Below, piece by piece: positions 33,304-55,330 of a stretch of 64,000 nt of DNA. Positions within the stretch are counted from its first letter, which is position 1. Every line of letters starts with the position of its first letter. A program made the position numbers and the translations under genes. Origin of the DNA: the human T2T-CHM13v2.0 reference genome, Homo sapiens; assembly GCF_009914755.1 (NCBI RefSeq), contig NC_060925.1. One strand, 5' to 3'. The notes beneath the pieces were generated by a model. That model did not search any database. It was not told the DNA's origin and worked only from the letters and a program-made list of their open reading frames with translations.

Positions 33304-36300
33304 AAGTTTTCAGTGAAATGTGCAATTCTGTTGTGTGTTCTGTGAAAGGATCCTGGCCATATTCAAGTCCTTGGACCTCAAGCCACTTAAAGCTTCGATG
33401 GGAGTAGCTGGTAACAACCCCGTCATCCTCTGATTGGATGCCAGTATTTCCTGGCAGATCCAAGTCCAAGCTTCATAGCATTCATTGCCTGTGCTTGCCA
33501 CACCTTGGTTGATGTGCTGTGGTGCAGTAGCCCCATTTGGAAGGGAGGGTTTGGTTGATGTTGGGGTTTGAATTTAGAGCCTTGATTAAGCAGGGTGCAG
33601 TGCTCCTGTGTTCCAGGAGGCCCCCTGCTATTCAGTGATTCTGTTCTGTACTAGAAATTTTATCAGCATTGATGCGTCATGAAGGAATGACAGGCTTTGG
33701 TGTGATGGTTGAGATTAAATTTAGACTTAACTGTTCAGGCTCAGGTTTCTTTTACAATGAGAGTATAAGGTTCTTGGGAGGCAGTATGTGCAGATAAGAG
33801 GGCAGTCTTTCCGTTTCCAGCCCTTTCCTTTAACTGTTACCTCGGGTGAGTTGTTAATCTGCCTCAGTTTCCTTATCTGTATCAGGAGGCAGTAATAGTA
33901 GTATCTCTCAGAGGATTAAATGATTTAATACTTAACAAAATGCTCAGACTAGCACCAGCCACGTAGTGCTCAAAAGGGGTTTCATTTTTGTGTTTGGGTA
34001 TAAGAAATATTACTTCTGCTAGCTTGCTTCCCTTTGGTGCAAAAATGAAAATACTTTCCCTGTGGTGATTGTCTTTTTTTTTTTTTTTTTTTTTGAGACG
34101 AGTCTTGCTCTGTTGCCTGGGCTGGAGTACAGTGGCGCGATCTCACTGCAAGCTCTGCCTCTGGGTTCACGCCGTTCTCCTGCCTCATCCTCCCGAGTAG
34201 CTGGGACTACAGGCGTCTGCCACCACGCCCGGCTGATTTTTTTTATTTAGTAGAGACGGGGTTTCACCGTGTCAGCCAGGAAGGTCTAGATCTTCTGACC
34301 TCGTGATCCGCCCGCCTTGGCCTCCCAAAGTGCTGGGATTACAGGTATGAGCCATCGCGCCCGGCCCCTGTAGTGATTTTCTATATCTAACTGAAGTCGA
34401 TGCTCAAAAGCCGCCATTTTTGTTTGTTTGTTTTTGGTGGTGGTTTTTTTTGAGACAGAGTCTCTTTGTCACCCAGGCTGGAGTGTGCAGTGGCATGATC
34501 TCTGCAACCTCCGCCTCCTGGGTTCAAGCAATCCTCCCACCTCGGCGTCCCGAGTAATTAGGATTACAGCCATCCACCACCACGCCCAGCTAGTGTTTTT
34601 TTGTAGAGATGGGGTTTCACCATGTTGGCCAGGTTGGTCTTGAACTCACCATCCCAAAGTGTTGGGATTACAGGCGTGAGCCACTGCACCTGGCAAAAGC
34701 CATCATTTTTCTGACGCAATACTTGGCCATTGGTTCATCATTTTCAATTTCAGGTTTAAATTTTGGAGCGCATGTTAATTCAGTTAGATAATTTACTAAT
34801 TTGTGACTAATTAGAGTTCAGTTGTCCTTGGGCCACCCGTTCATTGCTGTTCAGAGGTTCTCAAATTTGCTGCTTTTGTAGGTATTTTGAAACCTGGAAA
34901 TAGATTATTTGGTGTGCCTCATTTTTAAATGAAAATAAAGTTACCTTATCCTGTAAGATGAGCTCTAGTTGGTGAAAGGGGAGAATCGTGGAACATGTTG
35001 CCATATACTTTTTATTTCATTTAAAATATGAGCTTTTCATTTCTCAATCTTTTACTACAGGGCCAGGGCCCCCACCTCAAATGGGGTGAAGGAGTCTCAT
35101 TCTTAAAATTCATCTTCATGTTTATAGGGGGGAACCATACTTGTTTTTTACTAACTTCTGAATTAAATAACATGCCATAAACATGTTTAAGAACAGATCT
35201 GGTGAATGGATAGTTAATTAGTGCTGGGTGTGGAGAACAAATGCTGGTTTCATCTAAGTAAAGCATTTCAGAAATACAAAATGTAGAAAGTCTCTCAATT
35301 TTAATAATATAAACCTGCTAAGCCTTCATTTGGTCCTTGTGTATTGTTTGTGTACTCAGTTGACTTCTCATTAAAAACAAAACTGCTGTGCTCCTGACCC
35401 AGTGGAAGAAGCACTGTTGGGAGTTCAAAGAGCTAACCAGGTTTTAGTCCTAGCTCTAAATGGCATTGAGATTTTGGGCAGGTCATGAAACATCTGGAGG
35501 ACTGCAACCACTAGAGACAGACAACCACCCAGTAGCTAGACAGCTAGCCCCTATTCTGGCTAGAAGCTTGACTTGCAAACAAATGTCCTATTGGTATCTA
35601 AAGCACTGTCATTTGTGGTTGAACTTGTACCAAGTGGGTAGATAGGATCGCCTGGGAGTTTGTTAAAACTCGTGGGCCCTACCTCAGACCTACTGAATTA
35701 GAATCTAATTTAACGAGATCTGCGGGTGATTTGTACGCATACTAAAGTGTAGAGGTAGTGGCCAAAAAAAGCAGGAAGGGCATGATACCCAAGGAGGTTT
35801 CCTTAATACATTTAGTTCTTATGAAGTTCTTACTGTGTGGTTATTTTTCTCGTTTCTTCAGCTGCTACCCATGAAAGTCTGGGAGTGGACCCTGTCTCAG
35901 AAAAAAAAAATGAATAAAAAATTATACACAATAATTACAATACTGAGGCGACAGTGGGTTCTCTTTTACTATTAGAAACACCAAATAGTAAACACAGCTA
36001 AGGCTTTTTTTTCCTTTAGACATAGTTGGGAGGTGTTTTTACTTTTTCCCTTTAACAGTTGCGTTCTCAGTACATTGCAGTGGCTATACAATATTTCATT
36101 TTGGAAATGTATGGGACATAATTATGTAGCTGGCACTAAATGTCAGGAATGTCAGTTTCATTAAACTATCCAATAGAGGCTCTTTTATCCTGCTGTCTTG
36201 CCCTCTGTCCAGTGAGTACCTTTAAGGTCCTTGCAAGGTGTCTTGAGCTGTTCAATGGTGTGGTATTGTGGAAAGAATGCTAAACAGGAAAAAGATTATC

Positions 36301-37131
36301 CATCTTCATTTGTTTTTGAGACAGGGTCTTGCACTGTCATGTGCTGGAGTGCAGTGGTACCATCACGACTCACTTCAGCCTCAACCTCCTGGGCTCAAGT
36401 GATCCTTCTACCTCGATCTCCCGAGTAGCTGGGACTACAGTTGCATGCCAGCATGCCCAACTATTTTTTTTTTTTTTTTTTTTTTTTTGGTAGAGAAGGG
36501 GTCTCACTGTGTTGCCAAGGCAAGTTATCCATGTTCTGATTTTGGTTCTGCTTTCCCTGCTAGCGTTACGACCATGGGCAAGAAACCTGGCAAGTTACAG
36601 TCTGGCCCTCTAAAGTGGAGTATGTTGGATTTTTGCGTATAACCCTTTATCTTCTAAACTGTGTGCTTAAGCTTCCTTTTCTTGCAGTTTAACACTCTGG
36701 CTAGTCCTAACCTGCTAAACTCAACGCAAATGCTGAGGTGCTCCAGCCAACTGGTGGTTGAAGACCAGAATGAGTAGTCTACCAAAGGCAACTGAGTGCT
36801 ACAGGGTTAAGGCCCAAGCCTTCTAGGTACTCTGGCCCAGAAACCACCCACACATAGTTTAAGCTGCCAGCCACTGGGGACCATGCTAGTGCCTGGGGAT
36901 ACAGAACTAGTCAGAGCTGCTTGTTATGGAAACCACAATGTGGTTGTCAGAGGGGAATCCAGCCTAAGATACCTGGAGGGCACCAGGAGAACTGAACTTG
37001 ACTCTGCTTAAGGTGGCAAATGCAGGAAAGCTTAGGAAACAAGTATAAATGGTTTATTTTCACAAATCAGTGAACCAAACTGATGTGTGATGATACCAGT
37101 TGACCTTTAACGATTTTAGGAAGTTTTGTAA

Positions 37132-37442
<311 letters not shown>

Positions 37443-37689
37443 TAAGTAGTTAACCTGGAATCTAAAAGGAGCTTGAAAGGCAAAGGCATTCAACAATAGG
37501 CACAAATGAAATTCTAGACCCTCTCAGTTACCCTGCTTGAACGTATGGCTTTGATAACATGACTCAACTCTGAAATGCTCTGATGATTGCCTCTGGAACA
37601 CAGTGCTTTATTTTTTGCTTTAAAGATCAGTTCTGTTCAAACATGACATGGCGTATCATAGTGGCTAAGAGCACAGAGTTTGGAATTTA

Positions 37690-38088
37690 AGGCTGGGGGG
37701 ATGAAGAGGTTGATTAATGGGTGTAGAAATATAGTTAGAGGAAATAAGACCCAGTGTTTGATAGATCAATAGGGTGACTAGTTAATGATTTGTATTTTAA
37801 AATAGAAAATAATTCTTTTTTTTTTTTTTTTTTGAGACGGAATCTTATCGCTCTGTCGCCCAGGCTGGAGTGCAGTGGTGCGATCTCGGCTCACTGCAAG
37901 CTCCGCCTCCCAGGTTCATGCCATAAAATAGAGAATAATTCTAATGTTACCAGCATAAAGAAAGATAAATGTTTAAGGTAGCAGATATCCCAGTTACCCT
38001 GATTTGATCATTACACATTGTACGAATGTATCAGAATATCACATGTACTCCAAAATATGTACATCTATTTTGTTTCAATAAAAAAAAC
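37690..38088 (+). mobile_element. L1MA-type 3' end with a truncated antisense Alu at 37815-37922
   Basis: taccctgatttgatcattacacattgta...tcacatgtac...aataaaaaaa; TSD aaaatag(a)aaataattct. Confidence 0.75.
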
Positions 38089-40132
38089 AGGCCAGGCATA
38101 GTGGCTCATGCCTGTGATCTCAGCACTTTGGGAGGCCTAGGTGGGCAGATCACTTGAGTGCAGGAATTCAAGACCAGCCTGGGAAACATGGAGAAACCCC
38201 ACCGGGAGTGGTGTTGCGCACCTGTAGTCCCAGCTACTCAGGAGGCTGAGGTGAGAGGATTGCTTGAGCTGGAGAGGTGAAGGTTGCAGTGAGCTAGATC
38301 ATGCCACTGCAATCCTGCCTGGGCAACAGAGGGAGACCCTGTCTCAAAAAAATAAAATAGGGCATGGTGGCTCACACCTATAGTCCCAGCACTTTGGGAG
38401 GCAGAGGCAGGAGGATGGATTGAGTCCAGGAGTTTGAGACTAGCCAGTGAGACCTTGACTCTACAAAAATTAGCCAGGTGTGGTGGCATGCACTTGTAGT
38501 CCTAATTACTTGAGTTTGAGGCTGAGGCAGGAGGATCCCTTGAACTCAGGAGTTTGAGGCTGCAGTGAGCCATGATCGCATCACTGGGCAACCAAGCAAG
38601 ACCCTGTGTCTAATTAAAGTAAAAAATTTAGGCTGGGCATGGTGGCTCATGCCTATAATCCCAGCACTTTGGGAGGCCAAGGAGGGTGGATCACGAGGTC
38701 AGGAGATGGAGCCCATCCTGGCTAACATGGTGAAACCCTGTCTCTACTAAAAACACAAAAAATTGGCCGGGCTTGGTGGCGGGTGCCAGTAGTCCCAGCT
38801 ACTCAGGAGGCTGAGGCAGGAGAATGGCGTGAACCTGGGAGGCGGCGCTTGCAGTGAGCTGAGATCGCTCCACTGCACTCCAGTCTGGATGACAGAGCGA
38901 GACTCCGTCTCAAAAAGATAAGAAATTAAAAAATTTTAAAGTGTAAGCATCTCAGATGCCTTGCAGGAATGTGGGATAAAGTGCTCAGAATGTTCCCTGG
39001 CAGATAGTATAGGCTTGTTTTCCGTGAAGAGCCTGTAACTGCCACTTGGTTCCCCTTCCACCCCTGACATTAGGAAATAGTTGTGCAATGGTTGTTACTC
39101 TCAGGGTGGTCACTTAGGCAAACTCCAGAGGAGGGTGTACTTCCACTGATTATCCTTCTAGCCCCTTTCCCCCAAATCCCCAAGGAAGGCTGGGAATCAT
39201 CAAAATGGAGTTGGCCTTTACTTGTCAACAATTGAGTAAATCCTAAATACGGACGAACACCCAAGTAGCTCCTGAATTACAATTAAAGGAAAAACATTTC
39301 TTAAAATGGAAGGTGTATGTACTTTGTAGCGGATATTCTGTAATCTCAGTCACAGGGCCATGTCTTACTCTATATTGCTAGTGTCTGGCCCTTGAGACCA
39401 GCTTGTTGCTCAGATTGGACACAGACAGCAACACTGCCACTGACTACCTGGGTGAGAAGGTGGGCAAGTTAGCCAGCCTCTCTGGGCCTCAGATCTTGTG
39501 TAAAATAGGTATAACACCTACCTTACAGGGTTATTTTCAGAAATTAAAGATAGTATATGTAAATCACTCAGCATATATAGTAGGAGCTGTTTAAAGTATT
39601 GTAAATATTATGTAATAATTGAGTATATTCTTGGTATTCTGTGGTAAGCTTAAATTTAAGAGGCTTTATTCTGTGATTTGAGCATCATTCTTTGCTGGTG
39701 AAGAAAAGAAGACAAGGAATTCATTTAATATTTGAGTGCTTACCTACCTGAAGCATAGCATTGAACCAGATGGATATATAGTCCCTGCTGCTAGGTGAGC
39801 AAAAATAAGTATTAATACTTGTGCCTCTTCTGCCTGTTTTTCAGGTAGAAAAAAACCCAGTGCCCCTCTTTGACATTATTTAAATAAGATTTCTCCTCAA
39901 TATAACAGTATAGTGACATTAACTATGTTTTTTCAAATCATTTCTTACCACCACCAAAAAAAAAAAAAAAAAAATTTTGTACCACCTGTGGGCATTCCAA
40001 CCCCCTCCTTCCCAAGTATAGGAAAACACTGGATGAGTTGGGTCCTGGTACCTGTAGTCCCAGCTACTCAAGAGGCTGAGGGGTGAGGATCACTTGAGCC
40101 CAGGAATTTGAGGCTGCAGTGAGTCGTGATCA

Positions 40133-40792
<660 letters not shown>

Positions 40793-40956
40793 ACAGATTC
40801 CTGAACTCTTCTCAGAAACTTGGTTTTTGTAGGGCTCAAGAATTCACATTCTTACAACACTGAAGGTTGAGAATCATTGTTTTCTCAACAGCAGTGGCTT
40901 TCAAAGGTTTTTGACTACAGTTCACAGTAAAAAAAAAAAAAATCCCTTCAGAGTAG

Positions 40957-41784
<828 letters not shown>

Positions 41785-42498
41785 CCTATTAAGGAGCTTG
41801 TTTTTTGTGACAGGGACTTGTTCTGTCACCCAGGCTGGAGTGCAGTGGTGTGTTCACAGCTCACTGTAACCTCTAACTGGGCTCAAGTGAGCCTGCCTTG
41901 GCTTCCCAAGGTGCTGGAATTATAGGCATGAGCCGCTACGCCCAGCCCAGTAAGTAGATTTTAATCCGCAATTTGAAAAACGCTGCAGTGTGTGATGTGT
42001 TGATCAAGTTTCAACCACAGAGGCAGAAGTTCTGAGCTAGAAGAGCCCTCAGAGGTCATTTAATCCACCAGTCCTTAAGCCTTGCACAGTACTGGGCTGG
42101 GTATAGGAGAATCACCTGAGATATTTGTTTAAAATGTGCATTCCAGGCCCCAACTCCCGAGAACTTAAAATGGAACAAAGGACTCTGTTTAAAGTTTAAC
42201 GAGCTTCCTAGGTGAGTTGTATGCACAGCCAGATTTGGGAGTTCTCCAATGCAACCCTTACCAGTAAAGGCCCTCCAGAATGGTGGAGGGTTTGAATTTG
42301 CCTCTGCTGTGTGGAGGGCAGGCTTTCTCAGTTTGAAGTAACACCTTCAGGTTACTTAGGAAATACAATTATTTACCTGATACTTTGTTTAAAAGTTATA
42401 AAAGAACTCTGTTACTACTGAATTTGCAGGTTTGACATGTTTATTGTATTACTTTCTAGTATACTAAAATAAAGATGTAACTGTTTAAAAAATGTGAC

Positions 42499-46840
<4,342 letters not shown>

Positions 46841-47229
46841 AAAGGTAGGGATGAGTCACTGGGAGAGTCCTGCGCCATGTGTGGGGAACTCTACCTGAGG
46901 GCAGGACCCTCAATGCAGCCTCTATGGGTAAAGAAATAGGTTTGAGAGGTAAAGAGCCATGCGCAGGATCACACAGCTGGTTAGTAGCAGAGCCAAGCCT
47001 AACCCAGATGGCCTGGTTTCCTGCCTAGCATCTGACAGATCCATAAGAGACAAATCATTTCACCATCTTGACAAGGTTGAACTCTCATGGCTCTTCCTAG
47101 TAGTGTCTCAATCTGCAGGTCTGTTCTGATACAGAGATGTCCTGCAAGCAGCTCTTTCCTCTCTGTCTGTGCTTTCTGGGTTCTGCCTTGCCTGCCTTCC
47201 AGCTGCTCTGCATCTTTGTCCTACAAGAT

Positions 47230-47411
47230 CAGTGATGCTCAAATTTGAGAGTACATTAGAATCTCCTGTACGGCTTGTAAAAGCTGGATTGTTGGGCCCC
47301 CACCCTCAGAATCTCTGATTCAGTAAATCTGGGGTGTCTGAGAATCTGCATTTCTAGCAAGTTCCCAGGTGATGCTGAGGCTGATCCCGGAACCAAGCTT
47401 TGAGAACCACT
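47230..47411. mobile_element. MER5A-like hAT DNA transposon
   Basis: cagtgatgctcaaa...gattcagtaaatctgggg...tgcatttctagcaagttcccaggtgatgctga...tttgagaaccactg. Confidence 0.8.
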
Positions 47412-48289
47412 GTGTTAGACTATAAATATCCCTCTTGGATTCAGGTTCATGAAGGAACTGTGTTAGATTATATACATCCCTCTTGGATTCAGGCTCATGA
47501 AGGAACTGTGTTAGACTATATACCTCTCTCTTGGATTCAGGTTCATAAAGGAACTGTGTTAGACTATATACATCCCTCTTGGATTCAGGTTCATCCCTCT
47601 TGGATTCAGGTTCGTGAAGGAACTGTGTTAGATTATATACATCCCTCTTGGATTCAGGTTCGTGAAGGAACTGTGTTAGAGTATATACATCTCTCTTGGA
47701 TTCAGGTTCGTGAAGGAACTGTGTTAGACTATATACATCTCTCTTGGATTCAGGTTCGTGAAGGAACTGTGTTAGACTATATACATCCCTCCTGGATTCA
47801 GGTTCGTGAAGGAACTGTGTTAGACTATATACATCCCTCCTGGATTCAGGTTCGTGAAGGAACTGTGTTAGACTATATACATCCCTCCTGGATTCAGGTT
47901 CGTGAAGGAACTGTGTTAGACTATATACATCCCTCCTGGATTCAGGTTCGTGAAGGAACTGTGTTAGACTGTATACATCTCTCTTGGATTCAGGTTCGTG
48001 AAGGAACTGTGTTAGACTGTATACATCCCTCTTGGATTCAGGTTCGTGAAGGAACTGTGTTAGACTGTATACATCCCTCTTGGATTCAGGTTCGTGAAGG
48101 AACTGTGTTAGACTGTATACATCCCTCTTGGATTCAGGTTCGTGAAGGAACTGTGTTAGACTATATACATCCTCTTGGATTCAGGTTCGTGAAGGAACTG
48201 TGTTAGATTATATACATCCCTCTTGGATTCAGGTTCGTGAAGGAACTGTGTTAGACTATAAACATCTCTCTTGGATTCAGGTTCATGAA
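47409..48289. repeat. 48-bp minisatellite/VNTR, 18 copies
   Basis: Unit ACTGTGTTAGACTATATACATCCCTCTTGGATTCAGGTTCGTGAAGGA; reads as a 16-aa repeat in the ORF track; one internal 21-bp duplication and one 1-bp deletion. Confidence 0.97.
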
Positions 48290-49400
48290 CTCGGAAGGCA
48301 TCTATCTGTCCTCTGTCAAGCCTTAGGAGTGCCTCCCATTGATTCTGTTCTAAGAATGTTTGCTGAACTCATTCATTTGGCAAATTTTTATTGTGTGCCT
48401 GGCTGTGTGTTGGGATCTGGGGGATACAGCACAGAGAACCCATTCAGCTGTTAAGTGGTATAGCAGAGATTGAACCCAGGCAGTCTGGCTCCAGAGGCCA
48501 TGCTGTTAATCACCACCTTAATACACCAGCACCATACTGACCCTTCCTCATTGTCGTCAGAGAGATTGAAAGAGAACTGGAAAGAGAATGACTTTCTCAC
48601 TTTGTGATTCATTGTTAATTAATATGGTATCCATGTGCCATCTAAAATCATTTGGGCTGCCAGTAGTGCCACCCCACACTGTAGGATACAGCAGGTTAGA
48701 ACACAGGGTGACATATGGTGTGGCAGGAGTTTGCTTAGGTAGTTCTGTGAGCACTGTGTGAAGGAGTGGTGGGGCGGGAGGTGGTGGGGGGAGCGGATTA
48801 CAAAAAACCCGTTTGATTTAAATCTATTATCATGACAAACCAGGCAAAGAAAAGAGTTTGGAGAAAAGTCATCTCAGGCAAGGCAATAGGGATCACCAAG
48901 TTATGGAAGCAAGAAGGATATTAGGTATTTGGTATGCCTGGAGTTGAGAGAGTGTTGGGGGCCTGACAGGAAATGGGACTGAATTGACTAGATTTTTGAA
49001 GGGCCTTGAACATCAACCTAAAGAGCCTGAGCCTGATCTTGAAATCCAGTCAGCTGCATTGGGAAGGGCATGGGCTCTGGAGCCATCGAGATCTGGGATG
49101 GAATCCTAGTTCTGGCTCTTAATAACCTTGTGATCTTCATGACTTTCTTAATTTATCTGAATTCAGTTTCTTTGGTAAATAGAAATAAATAGTCCTATCT
49201 GACTTGGTTATGAGGAGCAAAAATAATGTAAATACCTGGCATATAACTATGACACAAATGGTCATAACTATTATCAGTTACCTTCATGTTTAGAAAGCTC
49301 ATCCTAGGCCAGGCGCGATGGCTCATGTCTGTAATCCCAGCACTTTGGGAGGCCGAGGCAGGCGGATCATGAGGTCAGGAGATCAAGACCATCCTGGCTA

Positions 49401-49583
<183 letters not shown>

Positions 49584-50174
49584 TCAAAAAAAAAAAAAAA
49601 AAAAAAAAAGAAAGCTCATCCTAGCAACAGTGTACAGGGAACAAGGGCAGTGTACAGGGCAAAGGCAGAAGCAGCAGGAACATTTTGCCATATTCCTGAT
49701 GAGAGATGATTTGGCCTAATTGAGGCAGTTGGAGAGGGGGTGGCAAGTAAAGCTAGTCAAGTGACATCTGGTGTTAATTACTGCTGTTTACGTGCAACCC
49801 TGAAAGTCCATAGCAAATTTTAATTTATAATTTTGCTGAGATACCGTAACCGACATCTATATGAAAGTCACCTGCTAGTGAAGGTGATGGAAGACGAGAG
49901 AAAATGAGGCAATCTAAAGAAAACGGTTTCTGAGATGGAAATCAGCTGGAGATAGAGGTCAGCTTCATCAGAGACTTGGATCCATGATGGGAGGCAGCCT
50001 CTGTATAGACAGTACTGTTCATTCTGCAGCAGAGGAAAAGCCATTTGTTCTCATCATTTACATCCAGTATAAAAATTACTGGGCGGGCATGGTGGCTCAT
50101 GCCTGTAATCCCAGCACTTTGGGAGGCTGAGGTGGGCAGATCACAAAGTCAAGAGATCGAGACCATCTTGCCTA

Positions 50175-50700
<526 letters not shown>

Positions 50701-50813
50701 TATAAAGCAATTACAGAATAAAGAGCTTGGCTTGAGATAGTTAATCTAGTATCCTGGTTCAGTCTTTCAAAGTACCTGCCACTGATCAGAGCATATCTGG
50801 AAGACTATGGTCA

Positions 50814-51589
<776 letters not shown>

Positions 51590-52062
51590 TTATTTGGTTG
51601 TTTGTTTGTTTATGAAGTGAGATCAGGAGCTGTTAGAGAGTTTTCAGCTGTGGAGGGCATATGGCTGCATTTTCTTTTATTTAAGTTTTAAATATGGGAT
51701 CTTGCTATATTGCTTAGCCTGGTTTTGAACCCCTGACCTCAAGCGATCCTCCTGCCTGGGCCTCTCCAGTGGCTGGGACTACAGGCATGGACCACGGTGC
51801 CCAGCCCTCATTTTCAATTTTGAAAAGGTGACTGTAGTGGCAGTGTGGAGAATGAATTGCAGGGGTGGGTATGGCAGAAGCAGAGAAACCAGGTGGAAGC
51901 TTTGGTCATAGTTGCATCAAGATGCTAAGGCTTAGGCTTGCTTGGGCTTATGCGGTGAGCACCAAGTCTCCTGTAGGGATCAACCCTTGTGTGGTTACTA
52001 TGACGTTGGCTTACTTTTAAAGGTCTCTAGGTGCTGTTCTGCCTGGTGTCCTGCTCTTTTCC

Positions 52063-52330
52063 ATAGAGGGCTCAGTCCCATAAGACTGCCCCCACTTCAA
52101 ATGCCAGTCACAACTTGGTTATCACTTATACTTCTGACCAACAGACTATAAATCACGGTTCCACTACCCCTCCTTGAGTTCAATTAATTTGCCTAGAATG
52201 GCTCACAGAACACAGGGAGACACTTAAATTTGTGAACAGCCGGATGAAGAGATGCAAAGGCAAGGTATGGGGGAGAGGACACAGATTCCATGCCCTCCCT
52301 CGACACACCACCCTCCCAGCACCTCTCCCC
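52063..52330. mobile_element. MER21-like ERV LTR fragment
   Basis: agggctcagtcccataagactgcccccacttcaaatgccagtcac...aatggctcacagaacacaggga. Confidence 0.55.
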
Positions 52331-52710
52331 AAGCATCCTTTGGGTGGAACTTGATGCTCGCCTTTCCCCCTCTGCATTCAGTTTGTCCTTTCTCTCTCTC
52401 AAAGAAGGTACAGTATCATACTGTAGAGGACAAGTGTCTAAAAATCATATGCCTCAAGTAATTATCTTTTTTTAAACAGATAATCAGAGTCTCATTTACT
52501 TTATATCGCTTTAAGTCACAGAATGAGGGAATGACAGAGTCAGAATTTGAACCCAAATCTCCTGAATGCTTTGCATTATACCCTACTGCCTTATGCAGGC
52601 CGTGTAACCTTAGGTAAATCTTTATGCTTTCCATCTGTTTCCTGCCCGGTTCAAGAGAGATCATGTATGTGACAGTGCCAGGCAAACCCCACCACAGTGT
52701 AGACCTGTGA

Positions 52711-53226
<516 letters not shown>

Positions 53227-53805
53227 TGATGTAAAAAAAAAGATATTATCATGTCTATCAGCTGAGCACACACAGGGGGATTGAGAGGAATGGAGAAAGA
53301 CAGAAGGAGGAGGAGATAAGGGAGAACTAACATGGCCAGTATGTATCTCCTTTGTTCTAGGTGTTTGACATATTTGAGATCATCTTTACAGTTGTCCTAT
53401 GAATTATATATAACATTCCTATTTTACAAGGAAAAGAGGGCCTCAGAGTCACCACCAGGAAGTGGTGGAACTTGAATGCTAACCCTGATCCTTCTGATTC
53501 ACAGTGACCCCTCACACTGTGCTCTGTTGCCCCAAGAGGAGATACGAAGCATAGATCCGTGGGCTCAATTTTGTTTGGTTTGGTTTTTGAGACGGGGTCT
53601 TGCTATATTGCCCAGGCTGTTCTCACACTCCTGGGCTCAAGCAATCCTCCCACTCATTCTCCCAAGTAGCTGGGATTGCAGGCATGTGCCACAGTGCCTG
53701 GCTCAGTTTTATATGATTCTACCAAATAGCTTCAGATAAGAACATAGGGAGTATGAAACCCCATGTAAAGGCATGAATGTCAGAAAACTTAAGGAAACAA
53801 AAACA

Positions 53806-53932
53806 TGGCTTGCATCTGTAGTCTCAGCTACGTGGGAGGCTGAGCCCATGAGTTGAAGACCATAGCATGCTGTGATTGAACCTGTGAATAGCCACTGCGT
53901 TCCAGCCAGGCAGCATGGCGAGAGCTCATCTC
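53806..53932 (+). mobile_element. FAM (fossil Alu monomer, 7SL-derived)
   Basis: cctgtgaatagccactgcgttccagcc motif typical of FAM/7SL. Confidence 0.6.
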
Positions 53933-54099
53933 TGGGCGCGGTGGCTCGCGCCTGTAATACCAGCACTTTGGGAGGCCGAGGCAGGCAGATCACGAGGGAG
54001 TTCGAGACCAGCCTGACCAACATGGTGAAACCTTATCTCTACTGAAAATACAAAAATTAGCCGGGTATGGTGGTGTGCACCTGTAATCCCAGCTACTCA

Positions 54100-54274
<175 letters not shown>

Positions 54275-54749
54275 TCATAGAAAGAAAAAGAAAGGGAGAA
54301 AACCAGGCAGATCTATGGCCAGTCAGTCTCTTTGGGACCTCTGGGAGTGAAAATCCCCGTCAGGAATTGTTGTCACTTTTCTTCTGTGACATCTGCTTCA
54401 GGCTTCCAGCCTTCACCCAAGTCAGCTAAATTGCCATTGTTTCATTAATTTAACAAATGTTGATTGAAGGGCCAAGCTCATGCTGGACCCATCGATGTAT
54501 CGCCTTTATTTTAGGCGCTTTGCTCTAGTTCACTTACTTATGGGTTCACCAACTATTTAGTGCCCCCACCAGGGATATAGAGATGGTTTAGTCACAATCT
54601 GTGCCTGCAGGGAGCTCACAGTCTAGTGAGGGTACCACACAATGAAACACAGAGGAAGACAGACGTGGCTTCTACCCTCATGGTGCTAGACTACAGTGGA
54701 GGAAGTGGGGAGGGAGCATAAACCAATAAAAAGTGGACAAAAAGTAATA

Positions 54750-55330
54750 CATATTAAGTATAGAGTTACCATTTGATCCAGCAATTCCACTTCTGGGCAT
54801 ATTCCCAAAAGAATGGAAAGCCCAGGAACCAATATGTGTACACTGATGTTCATAGCACCCCTATTCGTAATAGCCAAAAGTGGAAACAACCCAAATATCC
54901 ATCAGCAAATGAATAGATGAACAAAACGTGGTCTGTCCATACAATGAAATATTACTCAGCCTTAAAAAAAAAGGAATGAAATCCTGATACGTGCTACCAT
55001 TTGGGTGAACCTCGAAAACACTATACTAAGTGAAATAGGCCAATCAGAACAGGACAAATATTCTATGATTCCACTTGTGTGAGGTACCTAGAGTAGTCAC
55101 AGTCACAGAGATAAAAATAGAACTATGGTTGCCAGGGGCTGGGGGAGGGAAAAATAGGGAGTTATTGTTTATTGGGTGCATAGTTTGAGCATGGGATGGA
55201 AAAAGTCCTGGAGATGGATAAGATGGATACTGGTGATGGTTGCAGTGTGGATCTACAGAATGCCACTGACTGAATGGCATAGCTAAATGTTAGATATATG
55301 TATTTATTTTACCACAACACAAAAATAATA
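54750..55330 (+). mobile_element. L1MB-type 3' fragment
   Basis: agagttaccatttgatccagcaattccacttctggg...aaacaacccaaatatccatca...tttaccacaa. Confidence 0.8.

Noticed and set aside
47400-48454. 268-aa and 84-aa repeat ORFs as a protein-coding gene, or the array as a CRISPR-like locus
   Set aside because: The open frame follows from a stop-free 48-bp unit; it has a non-ATG start and no splice context; units are contiguous with no unique spacers
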